A stretch of DNA of 36,210 bases from an uncultured bacterium (GTDB lineage Bacteria; SAR324; NAC60-12), in contig CAXGMD010000029.1 in assembly GCA_964010765.1 (NCBI GenBank), forward strand, positions 1 through 36,210. Reading direction: 5' to 3'. Under the pieces are notes generated by a model, which searched no databases, was not told the origin of the DNA, and saw nothing but the letters and a program-made list of their open reading frames with translations. The position numbers and the translations under genes are program-made. Of the stretch, positions 1-9,754 are shown piece by piece; positions within the stretch are counted from its first letter, which is position 1; each line of letters opens with the position of its first letter.

Positions 1-34
1 AGGTTACTCGGTGGGAGAGTCGGTCGATGCCAAA
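1..34 (+). rRNA. rrf: 5S rRNA, 3' end (truncated by window edge)
   Basis: GTGGGAGAGTCGGTCGATGCCA matches the conserved 3' part of bacterial 5S rRNA; tRNAs follow directly. End coordinate approximate. Confidence 0.85.
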
Positions 35-66
35 CTCAAACGCTGGATGGGGAAATTCAACCCTTT

Positions 67-153
67 GCCGAGGTGGTGAAACTGGTAGACACGCTGGATT
101 CAAAATCCAGTGGGGGTGACCCCGTGCCGGTTCGATTCCGGCTCTCGGCACCA
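67..153 (+). tRNA. tRNA-Leu (CAA)
   Basis: Acceptor GCCGAGG/TCTCGGC, anticodon arm CTGGA-TTCAAAA-TCCAG, long variable arm, T-loop GTTCGATTC, encoded CCA; 87 nt. Confidence 0.97.
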
Positions 154-169
154 GCAATTTCCGACCTAA

Positions 170-245
170 GCGAGAATAGCTCAGCTGGTAGAGCGCAACC
201 TTGCCAAGGTTGAGGTCGCGGGTTCGAACCCCGTTTCTCGCTCCA
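170..245 (+). tRNA. tRNA-Gly (GCC)
   Basis: Acceptor GCGAGAA/TTCTCGC, anticodon arm CAACC-TTGCCAA-GGTTG, T-loop GTTCGAACC, encoded CCA; 76 nt. Confidence 0.97.
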
Positions 246-818
246 TCCTCCTTTCCATTAATAACCAAGAATTACCTGCATTCTGCCGGTCATTTTTTGT
301 TACCGCCCCACCTGTAGCCCACCAAATTCTTTGAAATTTTCTTTGCCCTTTCGCTAACTACTCGCACAGCTTCTAGCCAGAAATAATTTAATCAACTGAT
401 AGCTTTCATTAGTTTTCCCAGGCTTCGTTCTGACCATACCTCTTTGCATTGTCATCTCCTTCAAAGACCTGAACTCCACTAGGGATCTCAATCCAAGGAA
501 CTTTGTTCTTGGTGGATAGATGTAAATTCGGTTAAATTGGGGATGGATTGTCTAGTGTTTCCCCTTTGATGAGGTAGAATCCTTTATGTCCATGATAGAA
601 GCTTCTGATCGCGACTGAGTATTTCTCACAGCGCTCAACCTGGTGTGGCTTTCCAGATCCAGTTTCTCCCTCGTATAGTTTGAGAGTTCTCGAACTGAAC
701 TCAATATGCTCGGTTTCGATAAAGACATGAGTGATAAAAGTGGATCCAGTTTGTAGCTGCCAGAAATGAAATGACAGCAGTGGATAAACATTTGATCAAT
801 TAATTTTTTAAGGTTTCA

Positions 819-1361
819 ATGAACGATTCATATTTTACTTCGTCCGTCCTTAGTAGTTTTATTGACTATCTCAAAGATGGTTCTGCGTTCTATATTCTTG
901 CCGGAATCTTCGCTTGTATTGCATATGGGATACTCTATAACTCCTTGGTTCATGATAAGAAAATAGTTCATGATAAGCAGCTATATGCTGAAATTCTCTC
1001 AAGAGTGCTGTTTGGGTCAATCTTTATGATTGTTGGTGGCCTAAATGGCTTATTTGACTTTGTGCCTGGTGGTCAAAAATTCGATTGTGAACCTTGTTCA
1101 TTATTTATGAGTGGATTAGATGCAACAGGATATATGTTTCCATTTGTAAAAATTTCTGAGTTCATAATAGGTGGTATGATCCTTTTTAATTTATATACTA
1201 CACTTGCTATTGTTTTAGCTTCACCGATAGTAATCAATATATTCTTATATAATTTATTTTTAGATCAGAGAGGTATCGTTGAAGCAATAATTTTAGTTGC
1301 ATGCTTGCTTTATTTAGCTTGGAGAAGACAATCAAAATTCACAGCATTATTTACTAGATAA
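819..1361 (+). CDS. DoxX-like membrane protein with N-terminal extension
   Basis: Core SRVLFGSIF..GLNGLF..TGYMFPFVKISE..G..PIVINIFLY resembles DoxX-family 4-TM proteins; one extra N-terminal hydrophobic segment; very AT-rich. Confidence 0.7.
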   Translation: MNDSYFTSSVLSSFIDYLKDGSAFYILAGIFACIAYGILYNSLVHDKKIVHDKQLYAEILSRVLFGSIFMIVGGLNGLFDFVPGGQKFDCEPCSLFMSGLDATGYMFPFVKISEFIIGGMILFNLYTTLAIVLASPIVINIFLYNLFLDQRGIVEAIILVACLLYLAWRRQSKFTALFTR

Positions 1362-1434
1362 ATAGAGATAGGACTTCGAAGAAAAAATTTGTTTAACGCA
1401 ATCAACTTACCAATCTAAAAATTTAAATTCGATT

Positions 1435-1692
1435 TCAAGGGTTCTTTGGGAGCAGATCCAGCAACTACTGCTGATGGGCTATGGCACGGACTTTCTGAAG
1501 GCCTACGAGAATCTCACTCCACAGGCCAAGCATTACTCAGGAAAGACCTTTACCACACAAATCGAATCCCTCAACTGCAGAATCAGGCATTATTTTGCCA
1601 GGCACCATCGTAAAACGCTTTGCTACAGCAAATCAGAAACGATGTTTGAAGTTTCTTTGAAACTACTTATCCAGAAGATAAAAAACTCTTAA
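1435..1692 (+). mobile_element. IS1-family transposase remnant (InsB-like C-terminal part only)
   Basis: TDFLKAY..H..GK..TTQIESLNCRIRHYFARHHRKTLCYSKS matches the IS1 DDE C-terminus. Similarity extends upstream of the ATG (VLWEQI) and then stops; no N-terminal half. Left limit approximate. Confidence 0.8.
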
Positions 1693-1820
1693 GTACTAAC
1701 GCCAGAAAATGAACTCCCCTGTAGAGACGATTTTATAATCCTTCTTGACCGTAGCTTCTACTTGATTCATAAGTCTGATTTTCTAGTACCATTCCATTCA
1801 TTGAATTTTGAGGAGGTCTT

Positions 1821-2114
1821 ATGGCTGTAGTTGAACGCTATTTTTGGGAACCTAATGATCTCGAGGAATTCTTGAGCCTGCACAGAGAAATCTATGATCA
1901 ACATCTTCGCAAAGCTGGGGCGTCAGATATGACCCTTTGGCAGGATCGCTCAAATTGGAAGTTGTATGTTGCAGAGGTGTGGTTTGAAAGCTTTGCGGCT
2001 TTAGATAACTGGGAAGCGTATTTTAAAACAGAAGAAGGGAAAGACATTGGTGCTCGAGTTAATGCCGCAGCTCAGATCATTGAGCGGTTACAGTATACAA
2101 GCGTTGATTACTAA
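1821..2114 (+). CDS. small dimeric alpha/beta-barrel protein (ABM/NIPSNAP/RhaM-like)
   Basis: Strong SD GAGGAGG; 97 aa with beta-alpha-beta-beta-alpha pattern and VWFESFAALDNW motif. Confidence 0.6.
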   Translation: MAVVERYFWEPNDLEEFLSLHREIYDQHLRKAGASDMTLWQDRSNWKLYVAEVWFESFAALDNWEAYFKTEEGKDIGARVNAAAQIIERLQYTSVDY

Positions 2115-2170
2115 TCTGTATTTTTGATTGCTCCAGGCACATGAGTAAATTGATCTGAGTAAGGGGATTC

Positions 2171-3169
2171 ATGACGAAGATTTTGGATGATCGTTATTTG
2201 GAAGAATGGCTGGCTCAAGAAGAGCCAGAAGACGTATTGGATCCAGAATTACCAATTGTTGATCCTCATCATCATCTTTGGGATCTGCGTAAAATCACCT
2301 TCCAACCACACAGAGATTTTTTACAGAAGGTGTATCTGACTGAAGAATTTGCCAATGAAATTCTGACATCTGGCCATAAAATCACCCACACAGTGTTTGC
2401 GCAGTGTGCTGCTTTCTACAGAAAAGAAGGCCCAGAAGAGTTGAAAGCTGTTGGAGAGGTTGAATTTGCGAATGGTGTTGCGGCAATGAGTGCTTCAGGA
2501 CTCTATGGGGATACCCAGATCTGTGCTGGAATTTTCAGTTATGCTGATTTGAGTTTGGGTAAGAAGGTTAAAAGCGTCCTGGAATCTTTACAAATGGCTT
2601 CTCCAAATTTTCGGGGCATCCGAAGTCCCTTTCCTAGTGATTTGAATTCGGAATTTCTGGACGGATTCAAAGTCTTGGGAGAAATGAGGCTCACTTATGA
2701 CAATTACTCACCGGACTATAAACGGCTGCCCAAATTGGCTGAATTGGCAGCGATGAATCCAGAAGTGACCATTATTGTAAATCACTTGGGTGGCCGGATT
2801 GATCTGAATGAGCAAGCGTGGAGAGAATGCCTCGAAAAGGTCTCCAAACAAAAAAATGTTTTTTTGAAACTTGGCGGAGCGCAACAGCGAGTGAATGATT
2901 GGGAGCCTACTTTTCACAGAAACCAGCGACCACGGCCGATTAGCTCTGATGAACTCTGTGAGCGGTTGGAGAAACATTATGTGCAGGCGATTGAATTATT
3001 TGGAATTGAAAGATGTATGTTTGAAAGCAATTTCCCGGTTGATAAAGAGTGTGTTTCCTACAGAACGATCTGGAACTTCTTTAAGAAAATTGCCCATAAT
3101 TTGAAGCTGAGTGAAGTTGAGAAAGATCAAATTTTTAGTGGGACTGCAAAATCAGTTTATCAACTCTGA
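2171..3169 (+). CDS. amidohydrolase_2 family protein (sugar-lactonase-like)
   Basis: IVDPHHHLWD, VNHLGG and CMFESNFPVDK motifs; SD AAGGGG. Confidence 0.88.
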   Translation: MTKILDDRYLEEWLAQEEPEDVLDPELPIVDPHHHLWDLRKITFQPHRDFLQKVYLTEEFANEILTSGHKITHTVFAQCAAFYRKEGPEELKAVGEVEFANGVAAMSASGLYGDTQICAGIFSYADLSLGKKVKSVLESLQMASPNFRGIRSPFPSDLNSEFLDGFKVLGEMRLTYDNYSPDYKRLPKLAELAAMNPEVTIIVNHLGGRIDLNEQAWRECLEKVSKQKNVFLKLGGAQQRVNDWEPTFHRNQRPRPISSDELCERLEKHYVQAIELFGIERCMFESNFPVDKECVSYRTIWNFFKKIAHNLKLSEVEKDQIFSGTAKSVYQL

Positions 3170-3236
3170 TTGTCTCTCGTTATTTCAATAAATCTCAGAG
3201 TTAGGTTTGTTTGAGGGGCTGGTCAGTAAGTAACGA

Positions 3237-3527
3237 TTAGTTATGGAATCTCCTCTGTTTTGGAACGTTTGGTAGTTCTCGATAGACTGTTCTAGGATAA
3301 ACCGTAAGATTGACAGGTGTATAGCGATTCTGCTGCATTCTTGCTTCGCGTTGATCTCGAATCGGTTTTGGTTGCTTATTCGTTTGTTGAGATAGAAGAA
3401 TTATTTCCTGAATTCTTCTTTGTTTATCTCTAAGTTGCTGTTCAGTCAGATTCAGAGTGCCTCTCTCAACACCAAGTAAAAATATAGAAACGATAATTAT
3501 TAGTAGAATTCTTAATTGATTATTCAT
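3237..3527 (-). CDS. hypothetical protein with N-terminal signal or anchor
   Basis: ATG start, hydrophobic N-terminus, then Q/R-rich coil; no family recognised. Confidence 0.45.
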   Translation of the reverse strand: MNNQLRILLIIIVSIFLLGVERGTLNLTEQQLRDKQRRIQEIILLSQQTNKQPKPIRDQREARMQQNRYTPVNLTVYPRTVYRELPNVPKQRRFHN

Positions 3528-3614
3528 GACAACTTATTCTGATCTGTATGAATTACTGATTGAGAATATCTGCTTTAGCTAACATGGAATTATTTTCATA
3601 ATTGAACTTCACTA

Positions 3615-4019
3615 TTGAATTGGAGCCCTTGGATGTCAAGCTATCTTGATTACCAACAGTCAATTATCGAAGAAGGTGTTTTGGAAGCTGCTAAACGAAT
3701 CGGACTAGATTCCACAATCTTTGATACTGAGGTGATGTCTCAACACTATGCAGGTCATCAATGGGTTGTTTTTGAGAATTCAGTGGTCGGGACGGTGATC
3801 AATGCAATTCCTCCCCTCAATCAGTCAGCGACAATTCCCTGGGAAGAGTGGTTTGTCATGGATGGAGAATTGCGTCACCATATTCTCTTCACCGAAAAGA
3901 ACGAGAGCAGTACGATGACTTGGCAAGGACCAATGGATGACGAAGATCATCCAAAGCCAGTTTTGGGGAAACTTTGGCACGTCCACAATGCCGAACCCAC
4001 ACCCTATCTCCTACCTTAA
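3615..4019 (+). CDS. hypothetical protein (Trp/His/acid-rich)
   Basis: 134-aa ORF with protein-like composition; start may be ATG 3633. Confidence 0.55.
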   Translation: MNWSPWMSSYLDYQQSIIEEGVLEAAKRIGLDSTIFDTEVMSQHYAGHQWVVFENSVVGTVINAIPPLNQSATIPWEEWFVMDGELRHHILFTEKNESSTMTWQGPMDDEDHPKPVLGKLWHVHNAEPTPYLLP

Positions 4020-4238
4020 GAAAAGCTCCCTCTTAGTCATAGCTATCCACTTCGGATGAAACTGTAAAGAAATTTAAATTCAAATACTTAGATGTAGTTG
4101 CATAGTATTCTGATCAGCAAATTCATCAGCGTAGAATTTTAATTTCAAAAACCTAATAGACAAAGCAGGATTTTTTCGTCGAGTTGTGCGAGAGAATTAA
4201 CATCTCACCTTTTCTGTTTGTTCTACCTCGACGATTTC

Positions 4239-5710
4239 ATGGAAACCATCACAAGACGAGGCCTGAAGTTCTCTCTATGGGAAGGGGCCTCAGCGTCTGT
4301 TCATATGACGCTGACTTCTGGGGCATTCCTTACTGGATATGCCCTCTTGCTGGGAGCCAATGACTTTGAACTGTCATTGCTCCTGGCTCTGCCGATGCTG
4401 ATGCAGGGCATGCAACTTCCCGGAGCCTATTTTATCGAACGTTCCGGACACCGGAAAACCCTGACTCGCTGGGGCGCTGGAATTTCGCGTCTGCTTTGGC
4501 TACCGATGGTATTGTTGCCACTTCTGCTTCCTGACTGGCCACACATCGGTTTTTTCTGGTGCTCTTCACACTAGCGCATCTATTGATGCAGCTGGGAGTT
4601 CCTGGGTGGATTACTTGGATGGCAGACCTAGTTCCAAGGCAAATTCGTGGGCGCTATTTCAGTCAAAGAAATCGCTTTGCAGGTGGGTTTGCTATTGGTG
4701 TGAGTTTGTTGGGCGGAATCGTTCTGGATTTTTTCCGAGAGAAGGACTCTGCCTATGATGGCTATCTTGTGCTTTTTCTGTTGGCCTGTACCGCAGGACT
4801 AGCTGCTTTTTTCTTTCTAGGGAAACAGCCGGAACCCCCTCAAGCAGATCCACAGCCACTACCCCCTCTTAGCACCTATCTCAGCAGGCCTTTTCAGAAC
4901 AAGAACTACCGCAGAATTCTCGCTTTTTACTTGGCGCTTCTCTTTCCAGTTGGAATTTCAGCTCCTTACTTCTCTGCACACCTGATCAAGGTCCTTGAAT
5001 GGGATTTCCGTCTAGTTGCAGCAACTTCCATTGGGACTTCGATTGTCTCGCTGATTGTGGAGCCAATCTGGGGGAAATTGGTTGATCGACATGGACATCG
5101 ACCAGTTTTGATTCTTTGTACAATCGGAATCACTCACCTACCCATCTATTATGCTTTTGGGCCTTACGATCTGTACTGGCCGTTTTTTGCGAATGCCTTG
5201 CTGGCAGGAGCATTCTGGCCGGGGTTGAACCTCGCAATGTTTGGGTTGTTGCTGGAAACAACTCCTCAGGAAGGCAAAGCCGGATTCTTGGCAGTCCAGG
5301 CTACTTTGAATGGCTTCATGAACTTCCTGGCTTCAGGCCTTGGAGGGATTCTCGCTCTCTGGCTGGCGTCAGTTCATTTCGAATGGAACGGTTTACTCTT
5401 CAATAACTATCAAATCCTCTTTTTTCTCAGTGCTATGCTGAGAGTCCCGAGTCTCTTACTCCTGCTAAGGATCTCTGAGCCAACGGCTACGAGAACCTAT
5501 GTGCTGGTTCGGCGTGCTTTCATTCCACTTGATCGAACCATCTCTTTTGGCCGCCACATTCTTGCCATCCCAAAAGGCAAAGCTTCACACATTAAGGAAA
5601 ATAAGAACTTCTCAGACTCCTTTGCGGGCCAGATTTCAACGGGTAGCGTCATATCCCCAGATCGCCAAGCAGAGCAGGATCAAACCAGAAGTTCAGACCC
5701 AGATCAATGA
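4239..5710 (+). pseudogene. MFS transporter split by a 1-nt frameshift (real or assembly error)
   Basis: ORFs 4239-4574 and 4559-5710 are consecutive parts of one MFS protein (WGKLVDRHGHRP motif). Adding one T to the T6 run at 4550-4555 gives ..IGFFLVLFTLAH.. and joins them. Confidence 0.85.
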
Positions 5711-5841
5711 CACACCATTGGGATGTATATTGAAAGAAGCTTATCATTTGAAGATCGAAGGATACGAAGTGAGGTTGGAGGAATGCCTCAAAACTATCGA
5801 AGAAGCTGGAAAATATTTTGCCAACCCTAGTAGCAGAAAGC

Positions 5842-6735
5842 TTAATGCGATGTTCCTGTCTGACGAAAAGCGATCAAGATTCCAATCATGACCAAAGCAC
5901 CTCCAGTTAATTCAAAAGCACTCAACATGCGACCGAAGATCAGAAATTCAAAAATCAGTGTCAAGACTGGGCTAAAGGTGATCGCGGTCATTGCTTTGGC
6001 GATAGTAAAATAACGTAGGGAATAGGTATAAGCCATCCGTCCTAGAAACGGTCCGAAGAAAGCTGCCATTCCTAACCAAACCCAGCCCTCTAAAGTGAGC
6101 AAACTGACTTCCACAGCCAGTCCCGGTAAAGTCAGTAAGATCAGAACAGCCAAGCTCAGTCGGAGCACGTTGAGTACCTGGGGATCTACCTCCTGAATGA
6201 TTGACTTCGAGAGAACCTGGATTGAAGCGAAACAGCCAGCAGTAGACAACGCCCAGAGTACGGTCTCCCAATCATCTAAATTGATCGTCAGGGCGTCACC
6301 GCGCATTAACAGAATGCCGCTCAACACAACCGCTACTGCCATCCAAACACGGAGTCCTACAGGTTCATGCAGAAAGACCCAGCCTAGAATCATCGCAATG
6401 ATGATCTCAACTCTAGAAATGACATTGAACATTGTTGCTGAACTGCCTGCAATTGCCTGACAGATGGAGTAATTTGCCACCACTCCCAGGAAAGCCACAG
6501 CAATAATCACAATGATATTTTTCGGTCGGAAATTAGCTTTTCTGCGTAAATGCCAGGCTCCAGGAATTGAGAAGAGCAGTGCCCAGAAGAAGATTCCTAC
6601 GACGGCTACCATCGGGGTGATCGACTGCATGGCCTTGGCGTAAGGTAGAGGAAAACAACCCGTAGCAAAAATCGCGACCAACAGAAAAAACATCCCTCGG
6701 CTCCGGGGATCAGCCTGAATTGCTAGCACATTCAC
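5842..6735 (-). CDS. DMT/EamA family transporter
   Basis: About 10 TM segments in two EamA repeats (LGWVFLHEPV; FLIFGRML); overlaps the upstream permease by 4 nt. Confidence 0.88.
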   Translation of the reverse strand: MNVLAIQADPRSRGMFFLLVAIFATGCFPLPYAKAMQSITPMVAVVGIFFWALLFSIPGAWHLRRKANFRPKNIIVIIAVAFLGVVANYSICQAIAGSSATMFNVISRVEIIIAMILGWVFLHEPVGLRVWMAVAVVLSGILLMRGDALTINLDDWETVLWALSTAGCFASIQVLSKSIIQEVDPQVLNVLRLSLAVLILLTLPGLAVEVSLLTLEGWVWLGMAAFFGPFLGRMAYTYSLRYFTIAKAMTAITFSPVLTLIFEFLIFGRMLSAFELTGGALVMIGILIAFRQTGTSH

Positions 6736-7487
6736 ACAGCCTCAGATTTACTAAGCCTGCGTTCCAGCCAACGAACCCCCATTGAAACCAAAACAATCAA
6801 CACAAAGTACTCAAGCACCAAAAACGTGTAGATTTCCAGAGGCCGGTACTGGCTTACAACCAATTCATTTGCGCGTCGTGTCAGTTCAGTCATGCCAATC
6901 ACAGAGACCAATGAAGACATCTTGATCATGTACACAAATTGATTGCCAATTGCTGGCAGCACCCTTCGCAAGGCTTGAGGCAAAATGATCAGGCGCATTT
7001 TTGAACTGTAGCGCAGTCCCAATGACTCCGCAGCGTCGTGTTGTCCTTTCTCGATGGATTGAATCCCAGCTCGAAAGATTTCCGCTTCAAAGGCGCTATC
7101 ACAGAAAGCGAGGGCCAGCATGCCTGCCCAGAAAGTATTGAGTGAGATGCCACTCATTACCGGTAACCCATAGTAGACCCAAAGAATCATTACCAGTACC
7201 GGAACTGAGCGTAGAGCTTCGACATAGGTGCGATTGATCGCTCGGGCCCAGGGACGCTTTGAGAGTCCTGGCAAAACAACGATCAAGCCCAGTATAATTG
7301 ACAAAACAATTGAACTGACTGCTAACAGCATCGTGTCCGCAAGGCCACTCAGTAAAAAAAGTAAGTTGGTCTGTCCTTGAGGATGAGTAGGCGAGATGAC
7401 ATACCAAGCCCAGGTGTAGCTACCACTACATCCAGTCAGGTTGAGCAGAACGATGCCCAACAATCCTAAACAAAAAATTCGTTTCAC
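6732..7487 (-). CDS. polar amino-acid ABC transporter permease (HisM/GlnP family)
   Basis: YVEALRSVPVLV, AEIFRAGIQSIEKGQHDAAESLG (EAA loop), IILPQA, KMSSLVS; GTG start. Confidence 0.93.
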   Translation of the reverse strand: MKRIFCLGLLGIVLLNLTGCSGSYTWAWYVISPTHPQGQTNLLFLLSGLADTMLLAVSSIVLSIILGLIVVLPGLSKRPWARAINRTYVEALRSVPVLVMILWVYYGLPVMSGISLNTFWAGMLALAFCDSAFEAEIFRAGIQSIEKGQHDAAESLGLRYSSKMRLIILPQALRRVLPAIGNQFVYMIKMSSLVSVIGMTELTRRANELVVSQYRPLEIYTFLVLEYFVLIVLVSMGVRWLERRLSKSEAV

Positions 7488-7670
7488 AATCAGATGATTT
7501 CCTAAGAAGAGGAATAATTTATCAGGAGGGAATTCACTGCGATTTGACCTTGTGGGATCGAACTTCTAGAGTGAAGTGGTCGTTTCAGAGAGGCTGTATC
7601 GACACTTAAGTACTTTAGCTTTCAATTGCGGAGACCTGCAAGCCGCAGAGACCTTACTTGGAGAGATCGG

Positions 7671-8453
7671 ATGAAGAAGCATATTTCCAGGGCACTGATT
7701 GCCCTAAGTTGCCTGTTCCTGTTGGCTTCGCCCCTTCAGGCACAACAGTCACGCCTGGATAGTATCAAGGCAGACGGAGTTCTTCGCGTGGGAACACCTG
7801 GGAATTGGAAGCCAATGAGTTTTCGAGATCCTGCTTCAAATCAATACGTAGGATTTGATGTGGATTTGGTGACTAAGTTAGCCGAAGACATGGGAGTCAA
7901 AGTAGAATTTGTACCCACAGACTGGAAAAGCATCGCAATCGCCGTTGCGGACAAATACGACATTTCGACAAGCGCTTCTCTCAGTCCAGCGCGTGCGTTG
8001 GTTGCTGGTTACACGAATCCTTACTTCCGAGTTGCTGATGTGCCCTTGGTCAGTCAGCGGAATGTCGACAAATTCAAGGATTGGGATGATCTTAATAAAG
8101 CAGGTGTGACGATTGCGGTAACTCTGGGCACCGTTCAGGAACAACGCGCTGCAGCACTCTTCCCCAATGCGACTATTCGCAAGGTCGAAGAGCCTGCTCG
8201 AGACTGGCAGGAGGTTATCTCAGGCAGAGCAGATGCTTCAATGACGAGCAATACAGAAGCTGGTAACTTGGCTTCACAGTATCCTGAGTTAAGTGTAGTA
8301 CCTGTCACAACTGCAAAGAACCCAACCCCCATTGCTATGTTGGTTCCTCGTGGCGATCAACAGTGGATTAACTTTGTCAATCACTGGATTCGCTTGCAAA
8401 ATGAACGCGGCTTCTTTGAGGAACTGAAAGCCAAGTGGTCCTTGGTCGACTGA
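7671..8453 (+). CDS. amino-acid ABC substrate-binding protein family 3 (cyclohexadienyl-dehydratase-like clade)
   Basis: Signal peptide MKKHISRALIALSCLFLLASPLQA; SRLDSI..GVLRVGT.G.WKPMS, GFDVDL; SD GGAGAG before ATG 7671. Confidence 0.85.
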   Translation: MKKHISRALIALSCLFLLASPLQAQQSRLDSIKADGVLRVGTPGNWKPMSFRDPASNQYVGFDVDLVTKLAEDMGVKVEFVPTDWKSIAIAVADKYDISTSASLSPARALVAGYTNPYFRVADVPLVSQRNVDKFKDWDDLNKAGVTIAVTLGTVQEQRAAALFPNATIRKVEEPARDWQEVISGRADASMTSNTEAGNLASQYPELSVVPVTTAKNPTPIAMLVPRGDQQWINFVNHWIRLQNERGFFEELKAKWSLVD

Positions 8454-8464
8454 AATATTCCTCC

Positions 8465-8511
8465 AAAAAAGTGGGAGCACATCAACCTGTGCTTCCACAC
8501 TACCACTTTTT
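8465..8511 (+). terminator. hairpin / probable intrinsic terminator
   Basis: GTGGGAGCACA-6-TGTGCTTCCAC stem flanked by A6 and CCACTTTTT, just after the SBP stop. Confidence 0.65.
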
Positions 8512-8757
8512 GCGATAAATTTTTCTTCCGTCAAGGTAGAAGCTCGTCTGCGAATAATCTCCCTCCAAATGCTCATCGTGTTTTCGGCTTAATGTTAAGA
8601 GTAAGATTTTCAGAGCTTGGACTGGTTGCACCCAGTTAGTCATCAAAAAACACCGCAGGCTCGAATAGAAAAGAACTCATTTGACGGTTACAGCCAGATC
8701 TGGCAAAGCCAGTCAAACGGATCTCAATCATCTACACTTGAATGAAAGGAAATTCAT

Positions 8758-9369
8758 ATGCTTACAGCCCAAGAGGCGCTGACACGGTTGCAGGAAGGCA
8801 ACAAGCGTTTTGTGGAAGGAAAATCGACTTATAATACCAATGATACACGGCGCCGAAATGAATTAGTGGATGGTCAAACGCCCTTTGCTATCATTTTAGG
8901 TTGCTCAGATTCAAGAGTTCCCGCCGAGATTGTCTTCGATCAGGGACTTGGGGATCTATTTGTGATTCGAATCGCTGGAAATATTGTTGCCCCTTCCCAG
9001 ATAGGTAGTATTGAGTTTGCGGTAGAGACCTTTCAGACTCCCTTAGTCGTCGTGCTAGGGCATACACGCTGTGGAGCTGTCGCAGCAACGTTGAATCAAA
9101 TTCGTCAACCCCAGGCCAGTCGCTCTCAGCACCTGCGTTCGATTGTGGAGCGTATTCGTCCCGCAGTGGAACCCTTGTCAGAAATTCGGACTGATCTCAC
9201 TCCCGAACAACTGCTTGAACGGGCAATCCGCTCCAACATAAGAATGTCTGTTAATCAGTTACGACATGGATCTTCTTTCTTGGAAGAAATTCATGATAGT
9301 GGTTCTCTTTGGATTGTTGGAGCCGAGTACTCTCTTGAAAGCGGAGAAGTGGATTTTTTCGAGAGCTAA
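8758..9369 (+). CDS. beta-class carbonic anhydrase
   Basis: GCSDSRVP and LGHTRCGAV zinc motifs, GDLFVIRIAGN; SD AAGGA. Confidence 0.95.
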   Translation: MLTAQEALTRLQEGNKRFVEGKSTYNTNDTRRRNELVDGQTPFAIILGCSDSRVPAEIVFDQGLGDLFVIRIAGNIVAPSQIGSIEFAVETFQTPLVVVLGHTRCGAVAATLNQIRQPQASRSQHLRSIVERIRPAVEPLSEIRTDLTPEQLLERAIRSNIRMSVNQLRHGSSFLEEIHDSGSLWIVGAEYSLESGEVDFFES

Positions 9370-9754
9370 CATAAATTTATTTTTGTTTCATTCAAATCAT
9401 GATGGAACCACTGAATTCAAAGCATTTAGTCACAAAAGAAATTAGTCTGAAGTGGGGTTCCAAGAGTTTATGAAAATTTAAAGAACATAATTCTTTAAAT
9501 AAACCAATAACAAAGCAAAGTTAATCTTAAATTGATCGTAAGAGCTAATTTAGTAACTAGCGACAGATATTTTATCGATTTTTGTCATAAAAATAATTTA
9601 ATTATTTATTATTTAATTATAACGCTATAAGAATAAAATATAATACAAAGCATCTGATAGATGATAAAAAGCGCGTTGGAATTAAACAACGCAAAGCCAT
9701 TTTAGTGGTATTTCGTTGTTTAACTGATTTTTTAATCAATGAAAGGAGAAGGTC

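Noticed and set aside
552..791. 79-aa minus-strand ORF
   Set aside because: No SD or recognisable family; possibly a remnant but unsupported.
5499..5891. 130-aa ORF bridging the MFS and EamA ends
   Set aside because: Overlaps both genes; only a short stretch looks protein-like.
7626..7670. GGAGA-containing small hairpins before the SBP as a glycine riboswitch
   Set aside because: Too short and lacks the remaining conserved aptamer elements.
4071..9429. Similar AATTCAAA..TTAG motifs near 4077 and 9414 at island edges as recombination sites
   Set aside because: Short, AT-rich and imperfect; chance match is likely.
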